Assembly (NCBI GenBank): GCA_964499705.1
Contig: CAZCME010000001.1
Location: 8,943-72,942, forward strand
Source: an uncultured bacterium
GTDB taxonomy: Bacteria; UBA8481
Reading direction: 5' to 3'
Length of the DNA: 64,000 nucleotides
Position numbers and translations under genes: made by a program. A model generated the notes under the pieces. The model made no database searches, had not been told where the DNA came from, and saw only the letters and a program-made list of their open reading frames with translations. Positions 40,801-55,800 of this stretch are shown here, piece by piece. Position 1 is the stretch's first letter; every line of letters starts with the position of its first letter.

Positions 40801-43800
40801 ACGATTCTCGATAACCTGACGCACATTTACTACTGGCTCGGTTCGTCGTTCGCTCATACGAACGAGTTCAAGCTTCTCCGGATCAACGGCGTTAACGTCT
40901 TCCAGATCAACGACCATTACGATGACCGGAAGTTCTGGGCGCAGGACAACGCCGCTAATTACGAAGTCCGGACGCGGCTTCTTGATCTCGCGCGCGCCGC
41001 GGACCAGGAGCAGGTCATGATCGTCTTCGACGACTGGGAGGCCTACGCCGGCCGGTCTTTCGCGTCGCCGAACACAATCCACGACGGGCCGGACAACTTC
41101 GATGTCTCGATGAAGTGGATCGCGCAGCATCCGTGGGTCGAGGTCGTGACGCTGGAGCAGCTTCTCGACCGGAACTGGACGCCGGTCGACGCCGGGACGA
41201 ACCTGACGTATCCGAAATCGACTTATCAGTGGCTGCTGCATGCTTCGGAGATGGGCTACGACAACTGGTACTGGGGCAGCGCGCAGGAGGAGAATTTCAG
41301 CCAGCAGATTCCGCTTCTCACGGGAGATCGCTATTCGTCGCCGGCGGTTCTGAACCCGATCCCGTCCGGCAAGCGATACGGATCGATCTGGGACGCGGGG
41401 ACGATTCTCCGCGACGTCTGGAGCGACATCCAGGCGTTGCCGGGGAATCAGTTGAAGCGGCTATCGGAGCAGGGATACATCCACCTCATCTACGAGACGG
41501 CTTGGCACGACGAGGACATCTCTGATAAGGCGTGGGATCCTGTTACGCGGGTCTTCACTAATCCGGACAATACCTGGGACGGGACGAGCTATTGGGCGTA
41601 TGACCTCCACGGGCACGTGCGGCACATGGGGTATCTCGCGGAGGCGGCTCGATGGGCGGATTCGGTCTCCGCGGGGGCGCAGAGCGCGCTGACGGTGGTG
41701 CAGACGAAGGATCTGGATTACGACGGCGAGAGTGAATACATCCTGAAGAACTCGAGAGTCTTCGGCGTCTTCGAGAACGACGGCGGGCGCATGGTGCTGG
41801 GCGTCTCATACGACACGGCGCAGGGCGGATTCGTGATGGTCGGCAACATCATCACGAATGCTCCTTCGGAAGGCGAGGAAGAGGACGGCTCGCGGCGCAT
41901 CTCCGCATTCGCGGACATGAACAACAGCGCGTACATCAACGCGAATTACTCCGTCGCGACAGGGACGGACTCCATCGTCTTCACATCCCCGGATGGATTG
42001 ATCCGGAAGGATATCCGGTTGCAGCACGGTTCCGGGACGTTCGAGGCTGCATATCGCGAGAATCTTACCGGGCCCGTCTACATCAGGAACGGACTGATCG
42101 CGAACCTCCATGAGATGACGTACACCGGCGAGCGGTACGTCCAGATCGTCGGCGCGACGAACGGGTCGTACTACGGCGTGAAGAACACAAGAGCCGGCGG
42201 CGAGATTCGCCTTAACTTCGGCGGGACGACGTTCAACAGCGCCTTCACCGACGGAACGATGGATAACACGAATTCACCGTTCGTGAAGGCCGTCGAAGTG
42301 ACGGGCAACGGGAATTTCACGATGTCCTTGACGTTGAATACCGACGACACGTCGGTGATTCTCGATACGCCTCCTGTTCCCTCGGGGCTCTCGGCGACTG
42401 GTGGAAACGGCCAGGTCTATCTCTCGTGGTCGCCCGTTTCGTCGGCATCGCTCGCGGGATATCACGTCTATCGCGGCACGGTGAATGGCGGGCCTTATTC
42501 GAAGATCAGCGACACACGGGCGCAGACAAATTACACGGATACGGGTGTATCGAACGGGACGACGTACTATTACGTCGTGAAGTCGGTCTCGGTTCGCGGC
42601 GCGTCTTCGGCGAATTCGAACCAGGCAACGGCCACGCCGAATCCGCCGACCGATACGCCTGCGGCGCCGACCGGCGTCACGGCAACCGCGGGGAACACGG
42701 AGATCACGGTCAACTGGACCGCGACGGACACGACTCTGGCGGGCTGGCATGTGTACCGTAGCGCGGCGCAGGGCGGGCCGTACACGCAGGTCAATGGTTC
42801 GATTCTCACCGGAGGATCCTTCACATCGACAGCGCTCACGAACGGGACGCGCTATTACTTCGTCGTGAAGGCGCAGTCGTTGTCGGGATTGTTGTCCGCT
42901 TACTCGTCCGAAGTTTCTGAAACGCCGAGCGCGTCCGCGAATGTAACGACGGTGCTGACGGCGCCATCGGCGGGACAGACGCTGACGGGAGCGGTTCCGT
43001 TCACGGCGACCTGCACGGCGCCGCAGGGAGTGAATCGCGTCGAGTTCAAAGTCGATGGCGCGCTGGCGGGGACGGCGACGACGCCGGAGCAGGCCGGCGG
43101 CGACAGCGCGGCGGGAGTCTGGGGTGTCGGGAGCAAGACGATCACGATCGACGGCGTGAACACGGCAGGGGAGTGGACGACGGCGTGCCGGATCGCGCGC
43201 GACCCGGCATGGGATCACGCCAACGTCATGAACGGCGCATGGGCGACGCACGAGACGCCGTTCGACTACACGGATCTCTACGCCGCATGGGACGCGACGT
43301 ATCTCTACATCGGAATCCAGATCGTCGACGTGACCGACATCAAGGACCCATCGAACGCGGGCTCCTCGAATGGCACGCCCGCGCGCGCGATGAACCTGCC
43401 GCAGTGGCTCGCGTTCGACGTCGCTCCGGGCGGCTACACGGGTGTCAATGGCGCGGGTGCGAACACGGCGGAGTACGATGCGTGGAAGAAAGGCCAGCTC
43501 TTCGGAGGCGGCACCGGCGTCGATACGCAGATCTACTTTGCTTCGAACTTCTGGCAGGGACCGTTCCTCATTCCGTATCGCAATGGCTTCTTCCCGGATT
43601 CGAACACGATCGGGAAGCAACTGGGAGTCTTCCACGGCGCATCAGGCCAGGGATTGGCCGGAACGGAAGTCATCGGGCTCGACGGGACGAACTTCGTCGC
43701 TCAGGGACACAACACGGGCAGGAACTCCTTCTTCGAGCTTAAGATCCCTCTCTCGTATCTCGGCGGCCCGGATCTGGCCACGAGAACGATCGGGATCATG

Positions 43801-46800
43801 GTCGGCCAGGGGGACGGCACCAACGCGTCCGGAGTCGATTGCATTCCGGACGATCCGGCGACATTGAACACGCAGGGCGTCGAAGTGTACAACTCGCCGA
43901 AGGAATGGGCCGACGTCGACATCTTCACGGTTCCGTTCGCCAAGATCGGAACTTCGACGGGCGGCAGCGGCGCCTCGAATACCTACCGCGTCATCGTCAA
44001 CACCGCCAACTACCAGGACGGCGCGCGCGTCGTGACCGCGACGGGCATCGCGAATGGCGCGGGCGGCTCGGCATCATCATCAGCGAACGTCACTTTCGCC
44101 AACGCAGCTCCGCCGCCTCCGGCGCCGACCGGTGTCGTCGCGACGCCGGCTTCGACGCTAGTCGCTCTGAACTGGAGCGCGGCCACGGGCGCTACCGGCT
44201 ACAACGTCTATATGGCGACGGTTTCCGGCGGGCCCTACACGAAGCAGAATACGTCGCTCGTTGCGGGGACGCAGTATTCGATCCCGAGCCTGACGAACGG
44301 CACGACGTATTACTTCGTCGTGACCGCGGTGAACGGCCAGGGTCTCGAGTCGCCGTACTCGTCGCAGGTGCAGGGCATTCCGGCCGCGGGCGTCAACGTC
44401 GTCTTCACCGTCGACATGCGGAACGCCGGCGCATACTCAAGCGTCCAGGTCGCGGGCAACCAGTTCACGCCGGCGTGGACACCGTCGGCGACGCCGCTCG
44501 CGAACAACACGGGCGGGACCTGGACGGTCACGCGGTCGTTCCCGTCGGGAACGCAGATCCAGTACAAATACGTGAAGGACTCGACGGGTTGGGAAGCCGA
44601 CTTCGCGACGACGTCGAAGAATCGCGAGATCACGGTTGCCGACCAGGGTGGCGGAGTGATGTATGTCGATAACGTCTGGGGTCAGGAAGGCAATGCCGCT
44701 CCTGCCGGCCCGACGGGCGTGACCCTCACGGCCGCTCAATCGAGCATCACGGTCTCCTGGACGAGGAGCACATCCTTCGACGTCATCTCGCACTGCGTCT
44801 ACCGCTCCCAGACATCCGGCGGTCCCTGGAACCTCGTTCACGAGACCTCGACGGTGAACTCGTGGGTCGACACGGGTCTGACGAACGGAACGCGCTATTA
44901 CTATGTTGTAAGAGCGAAGGACCGCGCGAACCAATACTCCGCCTATTCGACCGAAGTGAACGCGACGCCGGGGAACGATCCGGCGCCTGCCGCGCCGACG
45001 GGCCTGGCCGCGACCGCAGGCGTCAACCAGATCGCGCTATCGTGGAATCCGAACACGGAGCCCGACCATTCCGGGTACAACGTCTGGTACACGGTCTCCG
45101 GCGGAAACGGCGTTCCCGTAAAGATCAACGGCGCGATCATTCCAACGGCCGGCTACACGCATACGAATCTCGATCCGAACCTGACGTACACGTACTACAT
45201 CACCTGCGTCGACTCGGGCGCCAACGAAGGGCCGGCGTCCGCGACGGTCGCACGCCAGCCGCTGAACGGAGGGAGCCAGCAGCCGATCTACATCGCGTAT
45301 CAGTGGCACATGCATCAGCCGATCTACTGGCCGTACGAGAATATCAGGACGACGTATACGACCCGCACGAACTACGCCTACGTCCGCGACGTCCTGGCGT
45401 GGCCCGACCGGGTGGATGCGTACACGCATAATCCGGTCGACGCCGTCGCGAACCACATGGCTTCCAAGCCCAACTGGGGCGCTCAGATCAGCTATTCCGG
45501 TTCCCTGCAGGAGAATATCAACAACATGGCCGCGGCCAGCGACGGATATTTTCCGGGATGGAACAACCGGTATGCGGAAGGACACGGCTGGACCACGACC
45601 CTCGGCAACCGCCGGGTGGATCTCGTCTCCTTCGGGTATCATCATCCGCTCCTGCCGTTCATCGATTATCGCGACGCCCGGCTCCAGATCCAGATGCACC
45701 GCCGCATCACGACCACGACATTCGGCAATCCCTACTCGCTCGGCATGTTCCCGGCCGAAAGCGCCTTCTCGGAGCGGATCATTCCGCAGCTTCTCGACGA
45801 GGGACTCCAGTGGGTGATGGTCGACAATCTCCATCTCGACCATTGCAACAAGAACTTCCCCTGGGCCGCGGGAGAAAAAATCAATCCCCCGAATCGCGCG
45901 GACGCCGTGAATCCTCCGCAGGGCACGTACATCAATCTCTCCTGCCAGACGAACACGAACTACAACGTCTCGCCCTGGGGATTGCGGCCGCACTACGCGA
46001 AATACGTGAATCCGAACGACGGCACGGAGCGGAAGATGATCATCGTTCCGCTCGAACGTTCTCTCGGCTACGACGATAGCTACGGCGACCGCACGCCGCA
46101 GGCTCGGCTCCAGGCTTTCCTGCCGCACAACACGGATCCGGCTCACCCGTTGCTCGTCGTGCTCGCGCACGACGGCGACAACGCGGGCGCTTCCGGGTTC
46201 CGGTATTACGTGGAGACGATGGGCTGGCTGGCGGGCGCGGATCCGAACCAGTTCCGATTCACGACGGTGCAGGATTATCTCCAGATGTTCCCGCCGGACG
46301 TCAACGACGTCGTCCACATCACGGACGGCTCATGGGTCGGCGCCGATCTCGGCGACCAGGAATTGAAGAAGTGGCTGGGCGATCCGTACCAGAGCGGCGT
46401 CGTGAACTTCGAGCAGGGCTTCAGCTCCGACTGGAACTCCTGGATGGTCATCACGGCCGGGAAGAACCGGATGCTGACGGCGGAAGCGATCGCGCCGGCG
46501 TCCGGCGACATCGGCGGGATCGTCTACAAGAACGGGAACAACACAGACAAGGCTTGGGCGGAGTTCCTTGTGGGCGAAGCGAGCTGCTTCTGGTACTGGG
46601 ACGGGACGGTGCAGTGGGACGAGCAGCCCTCTCGTGCCGTGGCGAACGCGATGGTGTATGCCGATCCGATCATCGCCTCCTCGCCGGGAACGGACAATAT
46701 CGCGCCGAACATCTTCTCGCTCCAGCGCGAGCCGTACAATCCGGGCGCGACCGAGGCCTTCAAGGGCGTCCAGCCCTCGGACTTCCAGGTCTTCACCTTC

Positions 46801-49800
46801 ATCTACGACGTAAACGCGGTTTCGAATGCGACGCTCTACTACCGCATCGACGCCGACGGCGAGAATCCGATCGGCGACAATGCGAACGAGATCTACGCGG
46901 GCGGAGCGGGAGTCGGGCCGTGGGTCGCGCTGACGATGGAGACGCGCGTCTACGCCATGCCGCCTGCCGCGCAGATCCAGCCGCAGTATCGCGCGGAGAT
47001 CTACCGCGCGTTCATCAACGGTCTCTCGAACACCCTCGTCGATTATTACGTCACCGCGACCGACGGCCGCGGGAATGTGTCGAAGTCCGATATTTATCAT
47101 TGCTACATCGGTGATCCGAATTCGGGAGGTGGCGGGGGACGCTGGACGCCGGCCAACCCGACGTCGTCCGACACGATCACCATCACCGGCGACAAGGCCG
47201 GAAAGCTTCACTGGGGAGTGAACGGCTGGGTAGCGCCGAACGGCGTCTACTGGCCCTCGGGCACGACGACGTATGACGCGCAGTCGGTCGAGTCTCCGCT
47301 CGACGGCACATTCAAGATCGTGATCGGGCCGTTCAATAACGCCGCGCAAGCCGTGACGCGCGTCGATTTCGTCTTTCACTACAACGACGGAACATGGGAC
47401 GCCAACAGCGGGTTGAACTATCGCATCGACATCACGAACGACACGACGCCGCCGGCCCAACCGACCGGCTTCACCTCATCGCCGGGCAACGGTTTCGTCC
47501 AGCTTGGGTGGACTCTCGGCGCGGGCGACGTCTCGTCGTACAAGATCTACCGCGGGACGACCTCGGGCGGGCCGTACTCCCAGGTCGTTTCGACCGGACG
47601 CGTCGCGACCTACACGGACACGGCGGTCGTGAATGCGACGACGTACTACTACGTCCTTCGTTCGGCCGATGCAACCGGCAATCTGTCCGATACGACGACG
47701 CAGATCTCCGCGACGCCTTCCGGCGTAGACACGACGCCTCCGGCGAAGCCTTCTAACGTGAACGCGACCGCGTCGGAGTTCGGCGCGACGGTCTCGTGGA
47801 CGGCGAACAACGAGTACGATCTGGCGGGCTATCGGATCTATCGGTCGATTACGGCAGGATCGAGCCACGTCCTTATCGAGACGACGTCGCTCACGTCGCG
47901 TTCGCACTCTGGCCTCAATCCCGCCGACACGTACTACTACGTCATCGTCGCGTTCGATTCTTCTGGAAACGCATCCGACACATCGACGGAAAAAGCGATC
48001 AAGCCGCTTGCGGCCCAGCCGCCGGCCGCTCCGACGGGCGTCGCCATCACGGCGGGCAACGCGGTCTGCACGATCACGTGGAATGCGAACGGGGAGCCTG
48101 ACCTCGCGGGATACAACGTCTACCGCGCTCAAGGCTCGTCCACCGCACCGTATGTGAAGGTGAATGGCTCGACGGTTGTCGTTACGAATTACGCCAACTC
48201 CGGCCTCACGAATGATACGACGTACTACTTCCGGATCCGCGCGGTGGACACGGCGGGCGCGGAGTCGGATTCGTCCGCGATCGTCTCCGCGACGCCCGTG
48301 GCAGGAATCACCGTGGCGTTCCGCGTGAACGTGACCGGATTCTCGCCGGGCGTGGTCCAGATCGCCGGCAATCAGTTGACTCCGACGTGGACGCCCTCCG
48401 CGAATCCCATGACGAACGAGGGCGCCAACATCTGGAAGATCGAGAAGACGTATCCGGTCGGTACGGTGATCCAGTACAAGTTTGTCCGCGACACGACGAC
48501 CTGGGAAAGCGACTTCCCGGCGGGCGCGTCGACGAATCGCGACATCACCGTTGTCGATCAGGGCGGCGGGAAGATGTACGTCAACAACACATGGAATGTC
48601 GACGGCGACGCGATTCCCGCGACGCCGACGGGATTGCAGGCGACGGCAGGAGCGGGGGCCGTGAACCTCACGTGGAATGCCGTGACCGTCTTCGACCTGG
48701 ACGGCTACTGTGTCTACCGCGCGACCGCCGTGGGCGGGCCGTATGCGAAGATCGCGAACCAGATCACGCTGACGAGCCGGAACGATTCGGGGCTCGTCAA
48801 CGGGACGACGTACTATTACTACGTCACCGCGGAGGATTCCGCGGGACAGGCGAGCGGCGCTTCGTCGACGGTGAACGCGACGCCGATCATTCCCGATACG
48901 ACCTCTCCCGCCGTCGTTTCCGGTGTCGACGCGACGGTCCAGGGCTCGACGATTCGCGTCGCCTGGAATCCCAACGGCGAAACGGATGTGGTCGGATACC
49001 GGGTCTACCGTTCCGCGAGCGCGAACGGCGCCTACACGCAGTTGAACGGGACGATCGAGACCGATTCCGACTATTCCGACTCCACGGTCTCCGTGAACAC
49101 GGTCTACCACTACCGCGTGAGGGCGCAGGATGCCTCGGGGAATCTCTCCGACACATCGAGCGCCGATTCCGCCTCGGTCACGGGCAATCCGATCGGCGTC
49201 GACGGCGATCCTTCCGAATGGACCGGCACGGGTCCAACGACCGACCGGACGTATAGCATCATCAACGGCCAGTGGATCTGGAGGGATCCGCCCGCCGACC
49301 AGCGGACGGATGCGACGGATCCGGACTCGAACTACGACCTGACGGAAGTTCGATTCACGGGCGATGTGAACGGCGTTTCGTTCCTCGGCAAGTTCACGGA
49401 TATTTCCGCCTCCAATCTTCCGTTCATCTCCCTGGCCGTCGACAAGGACCAGCTCGCCGGATCGGGCGAGGAGTGGTTCTCCTCGAACACCGACATGACG
49501 ATGGCGGACACGGGACGCCGCGATTACGAGATCGTCATCAACTCCAACAAGACCGGCTACTACGGCGTCGGCGACAACAACTGGAACTGGAGCGACACGG
49601 GATCGTCCTTCATCTCGCCGGGCAATAATGTGATCGAAGCGAACTTCCAGTGGTATTCGCTCGGGATCACCCTGCCTAAGCTCGTCCGGTTCACGATGGG
49701 CGTCGCGCAGCACGACGGCGCGGGAAGCGCCGCGGAGATCTTCGGCTCCGACGCGTTGGACGCCGTCACGACGGCGACGGGCAACACCTGGACGGAGATA

Positions 49801-52800
49801 TCCGACGGCCAGCTCGACTACAACTTCGACATTGGCTTCAACGCCGACGGCAAGGTGAACTCCGCTCCGGATACTCCGACGTGGATTGCGCCGGCGGACG
49901 GAGCGAACCTCACGTCGCCCCTGATCACGTTCCAGTGGAACCAGTCGGACACGGACGGCGCGATCGCGGTCAGTCCCTATTATGAGATCCAATACGCGAC
50001 GAACTCCGGCTTCACCACCGGGCTCGTCATCGATTCCGGCGCGGGCAACCTGACGTCGCGCGACAGGACATTCTCCGGCAGCGGCACGTACTACTCCCGC
50101 GTCCGGATGCGCGACGACTTCCTCTGGTCGGGCTGGTCCGCGACACGGACATTCTCCGTCGTCGATTCGACCGCGCCCGACGGCAGCGCGTCCGACTGGC
50201 TCGGCGTCGCCTCGACGACGGCCAACGAGAGCACGGTCGACAAGGGCGAGTGGATCTGGACGGACGCGAACACGGATGAGCGGACGGACGGCACGGATCC
50301 GGACGGAAACTACGACCTGAAGGAACTGCGCCTGAAGGGTGACACGAGCTATCTCTTCATCCTCGCGAAGTTCCGCGACATCACCACGACGACGCTGCCG
50401 TACCTGGCGATCGGCGTCGAGACCGACCAGATCTACGGAAACGGCCAGAAGTGGTTCGGTAACGGCTCCGACCTGCAGATGGACACGAACGCCTGGCGCG
50501 AACTCGAGCTCGTGATGAACAACAACAACGTCGGATTCTATTCGACGATCAACTCCTGGGTCTGGAACGACAGCGGAGCACGGACAATCTCGACGACGAA
50601 CGACCTGATCGAAGCGCGGTACGTCTGGTCGGATCTGAAGATCGTCCTGCCGAAGAAGCTCCGGTTCTCGGCGATGACGGCGGAGAACGACGCGGGCAAC
50701 GTGAAAGATCGGTACAACGCGGACGCGCTCGACGTCGTGACGCAATACAGCGGCAACACGTGGGGCGAGGTCCAGGATACCGTTCTCAACTTCTGGGTCG
50801 ATCTCGACTTCAACCGGAGCGGGCTCATCAATACCCGGCCCGGCAAGCCGTCGCTCATCGCTCCGCTCGCCGGCGTCACGCTGAACACGTCCACCGTCTC
50901 GTTCCAGTTCGCATGGAGTGACGCGGACTCCGGCGCGATCGCGAATCCGAAGATCGAGCTGCAGCTCTCGACCGATTCGGCGTTCCAGACGATCGTCGCC
51001 ACCTGCGTGGAGTTCGATCTCGACACGCTCTGCGCAGCGTCGCTTTCGTCCGGAGGCAACTTCTGGTGGCGCGTCCGGACGTTCGACGACTTCGAGACCT
51101 CGGTCTGGTCTGACACGCGCGACTTCCGCGCCGATTTCTACGCGGCGCCGATCACGCTCCTGGAGCCGCCCGACGGCATCGACACGAACACGTCCTTCGT
51201 CCGCTTCGCGTGGACGCAGCCGCTCGATGACCTCTCCGGTCTCGATTCGTTCCTCCTGGAGATCGGCACATCATCGACATTCGATACCTACCAGCAGACG
51301 CGGACGGTCGATTCGAATTCGTACCAGCTCCTGAAGCAGGGCGAGACGGTCTACTACTGGCGCGTCCGCGCGGTGGATCGAGCGGGCAACATGGCGACGA
51401 GCGCGACGCGGTGGCTGAGGCTTGACACGTCCGTGACGGTGAGCGCGGTGACGCCGACAGCGGGCGCGGCAACCAACGATTCGACGCCGACATACACGTG
51501 GACGGGCAACGGTTCGGTCTACGTCTTCCAGCTCGCGCCGGACGCGACCTTCTTCACGCTGCAGGATTCGGTGACGCTCCCCGGAACGACGTACGCTCCG
51601 AGCGGAGCGACGTATCACGCGCATGGTGGACACTACTGGCGCGTTCTCGCGTGGGACACGGTCGGCAATTCCGCTTCTACCGCGAGCCGCGCGATCGGAA
51701 TCGACACGTCGGTCAGCGTGAATTTCGGCGCGCCGGCGAACTCCACCGACACCAACCAGCAGCGGCCGGTCTTTTCATGGAGCGGCGATGCGGACACGTG
51801 GACGTTCGAGATCTCGCGCTTCACGGACTTCTCGGTTCTCTACGACAACACGACGACGGCGGCGCTGACCTATCAACCGGGCGCCAATTACGCGGGTGAC
51901 ACGTACTACTGGCGCGTCCGCGGACAGGACACGTTCGGGAATACTGCCACGGCCACCTACCGGCAGATCGTCATCGACACCGGCATCACGGTAAACCAGA
52001 CATCGCCGATCGACGGCGTCGAGACGAACGATGCGACGCCGACCTTTGCCTGGACGGGCGATGCGGACACGTACATCGTGGAGATCGCGACGGACGCCGG
52101 ATTCGCGGCGATCATGGACTCGAAGACGACGAACGGTCTCTCCCATACCCCGGCGGCGAATTACAACCAGGGACTCTTCTACTGGAGGATCCGCGCTCAG
52201 AAGACGGCCGGCTCTTCCAAGACGACACCGACGCGCACGTTCCGGATCGACACGTCCGTCGTCGTGACGCTCGTTTCGCCCGTCGCGAATCTTGAGACGA
52301 GAAGCCTCCGTCCCGTCTTCACATGGACGGGCGACGCGCTCTCATACAACTTCCAGGCTTCGACGTCGGCGACCTTCGCGACGCTCGTCGACACGACGAT
52401 CTCTTCCGGTTTGATCCGCACCGCCGCCGCCGACTATCGCGCCGACACCTACTACTGGCGCATTGTAGCGCGTGACACGGTCGGTAACATCGAGACGTCC
52501 CCGGTCCGGATCCTGATCGTCGATACCGGCGTGACCGTTTCGTCCTCCACGCCGGCTGACGGATTCCGCACGAACGATTCGACTCCGACGTTCACGTGGA
52601 CGGGGACAGGGGAGACGTACATCCTGCAGGTGTCGCGCTTCACGGGATTCGACACGTTGACGGACGTCGTCACGACGGCGGCATCGACTTATACGCCATC
52701 CGCTTACTACGGAGCCGCAGCGTATCACTGGCGCGTGATCGCTTCGGACGACGCCGGCAATATCGAGACGTCCGTCGACCGGATCGTCACGATCGATACG

Positions 52801-55800
52801 TCGATCACGGTCGCACTCTCCTCGCCGTCGAATGTGTTCCGGACGAACAGCACGGCTCCGGCATTCGCCTGGACCGGCGACGCCGACACGTGGACACTGC
52901 AGGTGGCGCGCGACGCGGCCTTCACGGCGATCGTGGAGAACCGGACCCAGACGCTTGCGTCCTTCACCGGAGCCGGTTACAGCGCCGACACGTACTACTG
53001 GCGAGTTTCCGGCGCCGACTACGCCGGGAATCGCGACACGACTTCGTCACGCTCATTCACGGTCGACACGACGGCGGCGGTGACGCTCACGTCTCCCGCC
53101 GCGTCGACGGTGACGAGCGACTCGACTCCGTCTTTCACCTGGACGGGCGACGGCGACACCTTCACGATCCAGGTCTCGTCCTCGTCCACGTTCGCGACCA
53201 TCCAGGACAGCGCGATCTCGGGCGGCTACACCTATACTCCGTCCGCCCGTTACTACGGTTCCGGCGTCTGGTACTGGCGCGTTCTCTCGCGCGACGTCGC
53301 GGGCAACGCGGAGACGACCGCGTCGCGGACATTCACGGTGGATACGGGCGTCGTCGTGACGCTCTCGACGCCCGCCGACGGCGCCCGCGTCAACTTCGTG
53401 ACGCCGACGTTCGCCTGGACGGGTGACGCCAACATCTACGTGATCCAGGTCTCGACCGCATCGACATTCGCCTCTCTCGTGGACTCGAAGACGACAACCG
53501 CCTTGAACCATACGCCGGCCTTCGCCTATCCCGCGGACACGGTCTATTGGCGCATCGTCGGTTTCGATACGGTCAATGTCGAGACGAGCGCATCGCGCGT
53601 TCTCGTGATCGACACGCAGGTGGCCGTCTCGCTCACGTCTCCCGCGAACGGATCCCGGACGAACGACTCGACGCCCGCCTTCGCGTGGACGGGCGGCGGC
53701 GACACATGGAACATCGAGGTCTCCCGCTTCTCCAACTTCGGATCGCTTCTTGACGCCGCCACCCTGGCCGGGACGACGACCTACACTCCGGCGCAGTACT
53801 ATCCGGCGGATACGCTGTACTGGCGGGTGACCGCGCGGGATTCCGTCGGCAATTCCGCGACCACGGCGTCCCGCTCGCTCGTCATCGACACCTCCGTCGT
53901 CGCTGCGCTCTCGTCGCCCGACGATCTCTTCCAGACGAACGACACGACGCCGGCGTTCGTCTGGACGGGCGACGCCCAGACCTGGCTCCTTCAGGTCTCG
54001 CGCTTCACGAACTTCAGCGTCCTCTTCGACTCGTCCGCGACCGCGTCCACCAGCTACACGACGACGATCCTGTATCCGACGGATACCTATTACTGGCGCA
54101 TCGCAGGGCAGGACGACGTGGGGAATCGCGAGACGACCGCATACCGGACGCTCATCATCGACACCGGCCTGGTCGTCAACCTCGCGACGCCCGCGGCGAA
54201 TCTCGAGACGAAGAGCCTGAGGCCGGTCTTCTCATGGAGCGGCAACGCGGACACGTACATCTTCCAATTGAGCGCATCGGCAGCGTTCGCGACGATTCTG
54301 GACAGCCAGACGGGCGCGACCGCGACCTTTACGCCCGTGGCCGATCGCGCCGCCGACACGTACTACTGGCGCGTCGTGGCGAAGGACAACGCGGGCAACA
54401 CGGAGACCTCCGCGTCGCGCGTTCTCTTCATCGACACGGCACCGCCGTCCGCCCCGGCGCTCGCGTCCCCCGCCGACAGCGCGACGACGCGTAACGTCAT
54501 CACGGTCTTCACGTGGACGGGCGATGCCGATTCGTACGCCATCGAGCTGGCGCGCGACTCCGTCTTCGCTTCCGTCGTCCTCGCGGAGACGAGGCCCACC
54601 GTTTCGGCGACGTCGCCTCAGCTCGGGCGCGACACTTACTGGTGGCGCGTACGCGGCTACGACGACGCGGGCAACGCGGGACCCTGGAGCGGCATGCGGG
54701 CTCTGTTCGTCGATACGCTCATCACGGTATCGGGCACGACACCCGCGGACGGCGCGCGGACGAACGACTCCACGCCGACCTTCACCTGGACCGGCAACGG
54801 CGACACGTACACGATCGAGGTGTCGCGCCTCGCCAATTTCGCCGCGCTCACGATCCAGGCGACGACGACGGCCTCGACCTTCACGGCCGGAGGTTCGCTC
54901 GGCGCCGACACGTACTACTGGCGCGTCAGCGCCGTCGATTCGTTCGGCAATGCCGGCGTTTCGACGACCCGTTCCTTCGCCGTCGACACGTCCGCGACGG
55001 TGACGCTCGCGACGCCCGCGGACAATACGGTCACGAACGACACAACACCCTCCTTCGCGTGGTCGGGCGACGGAGATACCTGGACGATCCAGGTCTCGCG
55101 ACTCGCCAACTTCTCGACGATCTACGACGCGTCGACCTCCGCCGTGGCGACATACACGACGGGAGGCTATTACGGAGCGGACACGTACTACTGGCGTGTC
55201 GTCTCGCTCGACCAGGCGGGCAACTCGGAGACCTCCGGATCGAGGATCATCGTGATCGATACCGCGGTATCCTCGACGCTCGCCACGCCGGCCGACAGCA
55301 CCCGGACGAGCGATTCGACTCCCTCCTTCACATGGACCGGCTCGGGCGACACGTACCGGCTCGATATTTCGAAGTCGATCACGTTCGCGCCGCTGCAGGC
55401 GACGGCCACGACGTCGGCGGTTTCGCATACGCTCACGACATACCTCGGCCAGGACACTTACTACTGGCGCATCGTTTCGCTCGACGTGGCCGGCAATACC
55501 GATACGTCCGCGGGCAGGATGCTTGTGATTGACACGTCCGCGACGGTGTCGCTGACGTCTCCCGCCGCAGGCACACGGACGAACGACTCAACGCCCGCGT
55601 TCTCATGGAGCGGGGAGGCGGATACATGGACGTTCGAGATCGCCCGGATCGCGGACTTCTCCGCGCTCGTGGAGAGCCGCGTCACCGCGGCGACGTCCTA
55701 TACGCCCTCGACCCTCTATTACGGCCATGACACGTATTACTGGCGTGTCTCGGGATCCGACGTCGCGGGTAATTCCGCCGTCGCCGCCTCCCGGACGCTT

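Noticed and set aside
47476-50745. 1,089-aa minus-strand ORF inside the giant gene, plus similar antisense ORFs at 45037..47460, 39514..41241 and 42274..43635
   Set aside because: Antisense to the FN3/CBM/GH57-like coding sequence. The composition is dominated by R/V/D/G with no recognisable domain. The + strand frame is continuous and domain-rich.
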